A DNA stretch of 32,000 nt from Polynucleobacter necessarius (GTDB lineage: Bacteria > Pseudomonadota > Gammaproteobacteria > Burkholderiales > Burkholderiaceae), in the NCBI RefSeq assembly GCF_900095195.1, contig NZ_LT606950.1, positions 336,164 to 368,163 of the forward strand, read 5' to 3'. The notes beneath the pieces were generated by a model. The model searched no databases. It was not told the DNA's origin and was given only the letters and a program-made list of their open reading frames with translations. Below are positions 26,298-32,000 of the stretch, piece after piece. The position numbers were made by a program, and so were the translations under genes. Positions within the stretch are counted from its first letter, which is position 1. Each line of letters starts with the position of its first letter.

Positions 26298-27202
26298 ATG
26301 GCAGATCGCAAAGCTGAAATTGCAGCAATTCAGAAGGACTGGGACACAAATCCATGCTGGAAAGGTATCAAGCGCGGTTACACAGCAGAGGACATTGTAT
26401 GTCTTCGTGGCTCATTGAAGATTGAGCACACATTGGCTAAGCATGGCGCTGCAGGCGTTCACTTTGAAGACCAATTGTCATCTGTGAAGAAGTGTGGTCA
26501 CTTGGGTGGCAAGGTATTGTTGCCAACAACAGAATCAGTGCAGAAATTGATTGCTGCCCGTTTGGCAGCTGACGTCATGGGTGTTCCAACCATCATCTTG
26601 GCGCGTACCGATGCTGAAACAGCGGATTTGTTGACATCCGATTACGATGAAAACGATAAGCCATTCTTGACTGCAGAAGGCTTCTACAATACACGTAAAG
26701 GTTTGGATCAAGAATTTCTCGTGGTTTGGCTTACGCTGAATACGCCGATATGGTTTGGTGTGAAACTGGCACTCCTGATTTGGAATTTGCGCGTCAATTT
26801 GCAGAAGCAATTCGTGCGAAATTCCCAGGCAAGATGTTGGCATACAACTGTTCACCATCTTTTAACTGGAAGAAAAACTTGGACGATGCAACGATTGCGA
26901 AGTTCCAACGTGAATTGGGTGCAATGGGCTACAAGTATCAGTTCATTACTCTCGCTGGTATTCACTCTATGTGGTACAACATGTACGACTTGGCGCAAGA
27001 CTATTCTAAGCGTGACATGACTGCGTATGTTGAGAAAGTTCAAGAGCCAGAATTTGCTGCACGTGATCGTGGTTACACCTTCGTTTCACACCAGCAAGAA
27101 GTGGGTACTGGTTACTTTGATGATGTCACCACCGTTATTCAGGGTGGTAAGTCATCCGTTACCGCATTGACTGGTTCTACTGAAGAAGAGCAGTTCCATT
27201 AG
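26298..27202 (+). pseudogene. aceA: Isocitrate lyase, with a large internal deletion plus a frameshift
   Basis: [51 protein letters not shown] joins directly to [23 protein letters not shown]. About 130 aa present in E. coli AceA between these points are absent. After ...RKGLDQ the frame breaks near 26712, and the rest ([26 protein letters not shown]...[10 protein letters not shown]...FITLAGIHS...[13 protein letters not shown]...[10 protein letters not shown]) is in the -1 frame. Total length is 905 bp against about 1.3 kb expected. AGGGAG RBS is retained. Confidence 0.9.
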
Positions 27203-27246
27203 GAATCCCTAAGTAGTCTTGTAGTAGCAGTAACATCCTTACTGCC

Positions 27247-27295
27247 ACGGCATCTAAATTACCCCACAAGGGTGACTTAGATGCCGTTTTCGTTT
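27247..27295 (+). terminator. Rho-independent terminator downstream of aceA
   Basis: 11-bp stem acggcatctaa (27247-27257) / ttagatgccgt (27277-27287), followed by ttttcgttt. Confidence 0.7.
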
Positions 27296-27306
27296 ACATT
27301 CTTTCC

Positions 27307-27747
27307 ATGGCAAATTGCATACTTTGCACCGACACACTCAAGCCCCAGGAGGGAGAGCTGATTTGGCGTGGTGATGATTGCCGCATCATTATGGTTAATG
27401 ACCCAGACTTTCCGGGATTCTGTCGCGTAATTTGGAATCGGCACGTCCCGGAGATGTCCGATCTTACCTGCGGTGAGCGCGAACACATCATGTCTTTAGT
27501 GTTTGCGGTTGAGGAGGTGATGCGCGATGTAATGCAGCCTGACAAAGTCAATCTTGCAGCACTAGGAAATATGGTGCCGCATATTCATTGGCACGTCATT
27601 CCAAGGTTTAAAGACGATGCATTTTTTCCAGGATTGGCGTGGTCAACAAGAACTCAAGAAACTACTAAATCCATTCTAGAGAGTCGAATCAAATTGGCCC
27701 AGAAACTGCCTGCTGCTATCCGCGAAGAAATCTCGCAAATGTATTAA
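27307..27747 (+). CDS. HIT-family (histidine triad) protein
   Basis: 146 aa. N-terminal C-x2-C and a histidine triad, VPHIHWHVIPR. Confidence 0.85.
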   Translation: MANCILCTDTLKPQEGELIWRGDDCRIIMVNDPDFPGFCRVIWNRHVPEMSDLTCGEREHIMSLVFAVEEVMRDVMQPDKVNLAALGNMVPHIHWHVIPRFKDDAFFPGLAWSTRTQETTKSILESRIKLAQKLPAAIREEISQMY

Positions 27748-28181
27748 ATCAAGCGCTTTAGGGCTTCGAGGTAGTTCTCGGGGCTGAGCGGTTTACCCTC
27801 GCGCTGCGCTTCCCACATCACTTGACCTAGGCACTCCATCATTTGGTGTTGTGCTTCGTGCATCGACCCCAGTTTCTTAGAAAGTGATTCTGCGATCGCC
27901 TTAATGCCTGGCGGTTGGTCGATCGAAATTTGTTCGCTAATAGACAAATGCATTGAGAGATGCAAGAACGGGTTCGTTTCCCCGCGCTCAGGAGCGTAAT
28001 CCTGCTCAAGTGCGCCCTCAGGGTCGGCTAAGAGAGCATGGTATTCGGGATGTTGCTCCATCCAATCGCTTGCCAGGGTTTGCATGGGATCCAGAATTTG
28101 CTGATCGGTTTTCTTTTTCCAGGTGTCGCAGAAAAAGCGGCGAACCTCTTCACGGGTTGGATTAAATATCGCCAGGAACAT
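27744..28181 (-). CDS. DUF1841-family protein
   Basis: 145 aa. FNPTREEVRRFFCDTWKK...NPFLHLSMHLSISEQISIDQPPGI...QHQMMECLGQVMWEAQR is the pattern I associate with DUF1841. Confidence 0.65.
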   Translation of the reverse strand: MFLAIFNPTREEVRRFFCDTWKKKTDQQILDPMQTLASDWMEQHPEYHALLADPEGALEQDYAPERGETNPFLHLSMHLSISEQISIDQPPGIKAIAESLSKKLGSMHEAQHQMMECLGQVMWEAQREGKPLSPENYLEALKRLI

Positions 28182-28821
28182 TTCCTTTGCTAGTCTTTTG
28201 CTTAAACCCGCAGAATGGCTCTACGATGCATTGTGCGCAATCTGGATTGCGTGCCTTACAAGTGTATCGCCCATGCAGAATTAACCAGTGGTGCGCATCT
28301 ATTAGGTATTCTTTTGGTACGCGTTTTAGCAATTGTTTCTCTGCTGCCAACACATCTTTTCCAGGAGCTAGGCCGGTTCGATTAGAAACCCGAAAGATGT
28401 GTGTATCTACCGCAATGGTGGGTTGCCCAAATGCTGTATTGAGAATGACATTCGTTGTTTTTCTACCAACGCCTGGAAGTGCTTCGAGCTCTTCGCGCGT
28501 TTGTGGAACTTCGCCACCATGTTTTTCTATTAAGAGGCGACAGGTTTCCTGAATATGCTTGCCTTTCGAGTTAAAAAGGCCAATGTGTTGAATAAAAGGG
28601 CGCACACCCTCTTCACCTAAGTTCAATAGTGCTTGGGGAGTATTAGCGACTTTAAAAAGCTTGCGGGTGCCTTTATTCACAGATACATCGGTAGCTTGAG
28701 CCGATAGCAGCACGGCAATTAAGAGCTCAAAGGGTGTGTTGTATTCGAGTTCGGTAGTGGGTTTGGGGTTATTGGCTTTGAGCTGCTCAAAAAAAGCACG
28801 ACGCTTTTCAGGATTCATCAT
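28162..28821 (-). CDS. nth: Endonuclease III (DNA glycosylase/AP lyase)
   Basis: 219 aa. HhH-GPD region LPGVGRKTTNVILN and the Fe-S cluster loop CKARNPDCAQCIVEPFC (C-x6-C-x2-C-x5-C). Confidence 0.95.
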   Translation of the reverse strand: MMNPEKRRAFFEQLKANNPKPTTELEYNTPFELLIAVLLSAQATDVSVNKGTRKLFKVANTPQALLNLGEEGVRPFIQHIGLFNSKGKHIQETCRLLIEKHGGEVPQTREELEALPGVGRKTTNVILNTAFGQPTIAVDTHIFRVSNRTGLAPGKDVLAAEKQLLKRVPKEYLIDAHHWLILHGRYTCKARNPDCAQCIVEPFCGFKQKTSKGNVPGDI

Positions 28822-29504
28822 GATTTTTGTTGTGCTCTCGCAATCGCGGCTGCAATGATCGCACGTTTGCGCTCTTTTTCTTCTTCTGCACTCAATGGCT
28901 GTTCCGCATTAACTGCTGCGAGTTTGTCAGCTGCTTTTTTCGCTAAGCGTTCATCATTATCCCGTTGCTCACGGTCAAGGCGTGCTTCACGTTGATGGTA
29001 GCGCTGGCGAGCAATGTCTGCTAAGTCTTGCGACCAGGCATTCCAGCCGGTTTTAGTGCCCGTGACATCGATCATGCTGATGCAGTCTACAGGGCAAGGG
29101 AGGATGCACAGATTACACCCAGTGCACCATTCCGTCAGCACGACATGCATTTGTTTGGAGGCACCAACAATCGCATCTACGGGACAGGCTTGAATGCACA
29201 ACGTACAGCCGATGCATCTTTGTGGATCGATAAACGCTACTGGCCTGGGTCTCTCAATGCCGCATTCTGGATCGATGGTTGGATGCTTCTCAAATGCGTC
29301 TTGAGGATAGATCGGGGTTAGGATATGACTTAGTCTTTTGATACCTTCAATACCGCCTGGAGGGCAGCGATTTGGAGGGACTTGTCCAGATGCCATGGCT
29401 TTTGCATAGCCTCTGCAGTCAGGATAGCCGCACTTTGTGCATTGGGTTTGAGGTAAAAGATCCTCTAAGAGATTGGCGAGTTCGTTCACCGGTTTAGAAG
29501 TCAT
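28818..29504 (-). CDS. RnfB/RsxB-like Fe-S ferredoxin-domain protein
   Basis: QCTKCGYPDCRGYAKAM...NRCPPGG is the RnfB N-terminal cluster. Two 4Fe-4S motifs follow, CIGCTLCIQACP and CTGCNLCILPCP, then a charged Ala/Glu/Lys/Arg-rich tail. There is an ATGA overlap with nth. Confidence 0.8.
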   Translation of the reverse strand: MTSKPVNELANLLEDLLPQTQCTKCGYPDCRGYAKAMASGQVPPNRCPPGGIEGIKRLSHILTPIYPQDAFEKHPTIDPECGIERPRPVAFIDPQRCIGCTLCIQACPVDAIVGASKQMHVVLTEWCTGCNLCILPCPVDCISMIDVTGTKTGWNAWSQDLADIARQRYHQREARLDREQRDNDERLAKKAADKLAAVNAEQPLSAEEEKERKRAIIAAAIARAQQKS

Positions 29505-29526
29505 TACTGAGGAGTTCTAGTAAAGC

Positions 29527-29544
29527 GGGGGCTGATCAGCCCCC
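29527..29544 (-). terminator. GC-rich perfect palindrome downstream of phaZ (possible terminator)
   Basis: gggggctgatcagccccc is an 18-nt perfect palindrome, 28 bp past the phaZ stop. The T-tract is good on the plus strand (tgttttgt) but weak on the minus strand (gcttta). Confidence 0.45.
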
Positions 29545-29571
29545 TGTTTTGTATCGCGCGCGAGATTTGAA

Positions 29572-30831
29572 TTACGAATGTCTCTTTGTTGCTTGTTGTT
29601 CACGAATGAAAGTTTTGATTTTTGGATACACCTTATCGCGCCAACGGCGACCAGAGAAGATGCCATAGTGACCAGCACCCGCAACTTCGTAATGATCCTT
29701 GCGCTCTTTTGGGATGCCAGCACATAAGCCATGAGCAGAACGTGTTTGACCGCTTCCAGAAATATCGTCTAACTCGCCCTCAACCGTGAGGAGAGCGGTC
29801 GTTTTAATGTCTTGGGGTTTGACCAACTCGCCAGCCACTTCCCAGGTGCCGTTTGGTAATGCATATTCTTGGAATACCGTTTTGATCGTATCCAGGTAGA
29901 ACTTGGCATCTAAGTCCAATCCAGCGTTGTATTCATCATAGAAGCGGATATGCGCCTCAGCATCCTCTTCATCGCCGCGAACCAAATTCGCAAAGTAATC
30001 CCAATGGGATTGCAAATGGTTCTGTGGGTTCATGGCGATAAAGCCAGTGTGTTGCAAGAAACCAGGATAGACACGACGTCCAGCGCCAGGATAGGTTGGG
30101 GGAACCTTATAAATCACGTGGCTCTCAAACCAATCATGTGACTTTTGTTCCGCTAAGTTATTCACAGCGGTTGGGGGCTTGCGTGCATCGATTGGACCAC
30201 CCATCATGATCATGGAAGCAGGGGTTGCTTCGCCTGCGGAGGCTATGAGAGAAATGGCGCCCAAGGTTGGAACTGTCGGCTGATATACTGAGATCACATG
30301 TAAGTTTTCTGCGCCGATAAAGCGGATGAATTCTTGAACATAATGAACATAGTCGTCTAGACCAAACTCACCTTCGCTCACGGGAACGTTGCGTGCATCA
30401 ATCCAGTCGGTGATGTAGACCTTGTGATCTTGCAAAAGGGTGCGTACGGTATCGCGCAAGAGAGTTGCGCGGTGGCCAGATAACGGTGCCACGATCAATA
30501 CAGATGGATCCTCTTTGAGTTTCTTGATGGTTTCTGCATCATCTGAGAAACGCTTAAAGCGAATTAATTTACAGAATGGTTTAGTGACCTTCGTAATTTC
30601 ATGAATCGCAACTTCATGGCCATGAGCCATTACCGAACGAATGCCAAACTCGGGTTTTTTATAGTTCTTGCCTAAGCGATACAGAAGTTCATAGCTGGCA
30701 GCTAAACGCTCCGATCCAGGTACCTTAGAAGCTGGGTTTGAGGCATTAACGAAAGCCTCAGAGGCAGCGCGCGCCCAAGAGCTGATGGGCTGAAGTAAGG
30801 CTTTTTGGAATTCGTGTAACTGATAAAGCAT
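29572..30831 (-). CDS. phaZ: Intracellular poly(3-hydroxybutyrate) depolymerase (PhaZa-type), intact ORF with a substituted nucleophile position
   Basis: 419 aa. MLYQLHEFQKALLQPISSWA...KPFCKLIRFKRF...APLSGHRATLLRDTVRTLLQDHKVYITDWIDAR...HVISVYQPTVP...VEGELDDISG...AGHYGIFSG is colinear with the Ralstonia eutropha PhaZa1 family. Confidence 0.85.
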   Translation of the reverse strand: MLYQLHEFQKALLQPISSWARAASEAFVNASNPASKVPGSERLAASYELLYRLGKNYKKPEFGIRSVMAHGHEVAIHEITKVTKPFCKLIRFKRFSDDAETIKKLKEDPSVLIVAPLSGHRATLLRDTVRTLLQDHKVYITDWIDARNVPVSEGEFGLDDYVHYVQEFIRFIGAENLHVISVYQPTVPTLGAISLIASAGEATPASMIMMGGPIDARKPPTAVNNLAEQKSHDWFESHVIYKVPPTYPGAGRRVYPGFLQHTGFIAMNPQNHLQSHWDYFANLVRGDEEDAEAHIRFYDEYNAGLDLDAKFYLDTIKTVFQEYALPNGTWEVAGELVKPQDIKTTALLTVEGELDDISGSGQTRSAHGLCAGIPKERKDHYEVAGAGHYGIFSGRRWRDKVYPKIKTFIREQQATKRHS

Positions 30832-30869
30832 GATACCTCCTGTAAATCGATATAACCGCTAACTAGCCT

Positions 30870-32000
30870 TTAGGCAAGTACGCGGGCGATTGCTTTGGCT
30901 ACTTTATCAATATTTTTGGTATTGAGCGCAGCCACACAAATGCGTCCAGTGAAGAGGGCATAAATGCCATCTTCTTTCTGTAAGCGATCCACTTGCTCGG
31001 CAGTTAAGCCTGAGTAAGAAAACATACCGTGCTGCTTTTCAATAAAAGCAAAATCTTGCTGAACCCCAGCAGCGGCTAATTTTTCCACTAAGCCATGACG
31101 CATTGCTTTAATACGGTCACGCATCTGTGCTAATTCATCTTTCCAAAGCTGACGAAGTTCAGGTGAATTTAAAACAGCGGCAGCAATAGCAGCGCCATGA
31201 GTTGGTGGGTTGGAATAGTTTGTACGAATAACACGCTTCAATTGAGAAAGTACGCGCGTGGATTCGTCTTTGCTTTGAGTCACGATTGATAGTGCGCCAA
31301 CACGCTCACCATAGAGTGAGAATGATTTGGAAAAGGAGCTGGATACAAAGAATGACATGCCAGATTCCGCGAAGAGGCGAACAGCAATGCCATCTTGCTT
31401 AATCCCGGCTGCAAAGCCTTGATAGGCCATATCTAAGAAAGGAATTAAGCCTTTGTTCTTGCAGATATCGATCACTTGGCGCCACTGTGCTTCCGTGATA
31501 TCTGCGCCAGTCGGGTTGTGACAGCAAGCATGCAATAACACCGTTGTGTTTTTAGGGAAAGACTCTAAAGACTTCACCATGCCATCGAAATCGACACCGC
31601 GTGTTTTGCCGTCAAAGTAGGTGTACTCAACGACGTCAAACCCCGCAGATTCAAAAATGCCGCGATGGTTTTCCCAGGTAGGGTTGCTAATAGCGCAAGG
31701 TGCACCCAAGTTCAGACGCTTAATAAAGTCTGCGCCAACACGCAATGCGCCAGTGCCGCCTAAGCATTCAGCAGTGACTACGCGACCATCTTTGATCAGC
31801 GCAGAATCGGCACCGAACAATAAATTTTGTACTGCGCTGTTGTAAGGGTTTGGGCCTTCAATCGGAATATAGCTACGTGGAGAGTGTTTCGCCACAATCG
31901 CTTCTTCAGCTTTGATAACGGCTTGCAAGAGGGGCACTTTGCCTTCGTCTGTGTAGTAGACGCCAACACCTAAATTCACTTTGTCAGGACGCTGATCAGC
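30870..32000 (-). CDS. Aspartate/aromatic-amino-acid aminotransferase (AspC/TyrB family), partial (N-terminus beyond position 32000)
   Basis: ...ADQRPDKVNLGVGVYYTDEGKVPLL...ACCHNPTGAD...SSSFSKSFSLYGERVGA (PLP Lys)...RTNYSNPPTHGA. The frame stays open through to the window edge upstream of the track's GTG 31979. Confidence 0.9.
   Translation of the reverse strand, partial: ADQRPDKVNLGVGVYYTDEGKVPLLQAVIKAEEAIVAKHSPRSYIPIEGPNPYNSAVQNLLFGADSALIKDGRVVTAECLGGTGALRVGADFIKRLNLGAPCAISNPTWENHRGIFESAGFDVVEYTYFDGKTRGVDFDGMVKSLESFPKNTTVLLHACCHNPTGADITEAQWRQVIDICKNKGLIPFLDMAYQGFAAGIKQDGIAVRLFAESGMSFFVSSSFSKSFSLYGERVGALSIVTQSKDESTRVLSQLKRVIRTNYSNPPTHGAAIAAAVLNSPELRQLWKDELAQMRDRIKAMRHGLVEKLAAAGVQQDFAFIEKQHGMFSYSGLTAEQVDRLQKEDGIYALFTGRICVAALNTKNIDKVAKAIARVLA

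Noticed and set aside
1-32000. Search for a novel multi-gene system (defence island, toxin-antitoxin, secretion, mobile element), CRISPR arrays, and tRNA/rRNA genes
   Set aside because: Every sizeable ORF is explained by a well-known housekeeping or metabolic family, or by its remnant. There are no integrase, transposase or phage genes, no direct-repeat arrays and no tRNA-like sequences in the short intergenic regions. I prefer to report none rather than invent one.

Overview
Compact core-chromosome segment with Burkholderiales-type (betaproteobacterial) gene order. It reads: lexA (partial), a divergent L-asparaginase, rpsF-priB-rpsR-rplI-dnaB, then nlpC/P60 and phoH2 on the minus strand, and bcp. 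Next comes a complete L-Ara4N lipid A modification cluster on the minus strand, in the order Mth938-like, arnT, arnB, arnC, arnA-FT, arnA-DH, arnD. It continues with alaA-hom-thrC-moeA-moaD-moaE, a type-B carboxylesterase, a small GIY-YIG protein, clpB, an MFS transporter, aceA and a HIT protein. It ends with rnfB-like, nth and DUF1841 on the minus strand, phaZ, and an AspC/TyrB-type aminotransferase (partial). I found no tRNA or rRNA genes, CRISPR arrays, IS elements, integrases or prophage genes, and no convincing novel multi-gene system such as a defence island or toxin module. The main result is an unusually high density of decayed genes. Seven genes carry frameshifts, internal deletions, truncation or start/stop loss: asparaginase, phoH2 (stop loss, now reading into nlpC/P60), moeA, moaD, the esterase, the MFS transporter and aceA. 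In addition, the otherwise intact phaZ has Tyr where I expect the catalytic Cys. Replication, translation, SOS, chaperone, threonine-biosynthesis and arn genes look intact. This matches ongoing reductive genome evolution in a host-restricted lineage. The layout reminds me of Polynucleobacter, but the taxon cannot be confirmed without a database search. Every lesion could also be an assembly or sequencing error, and that needs read-level checking.
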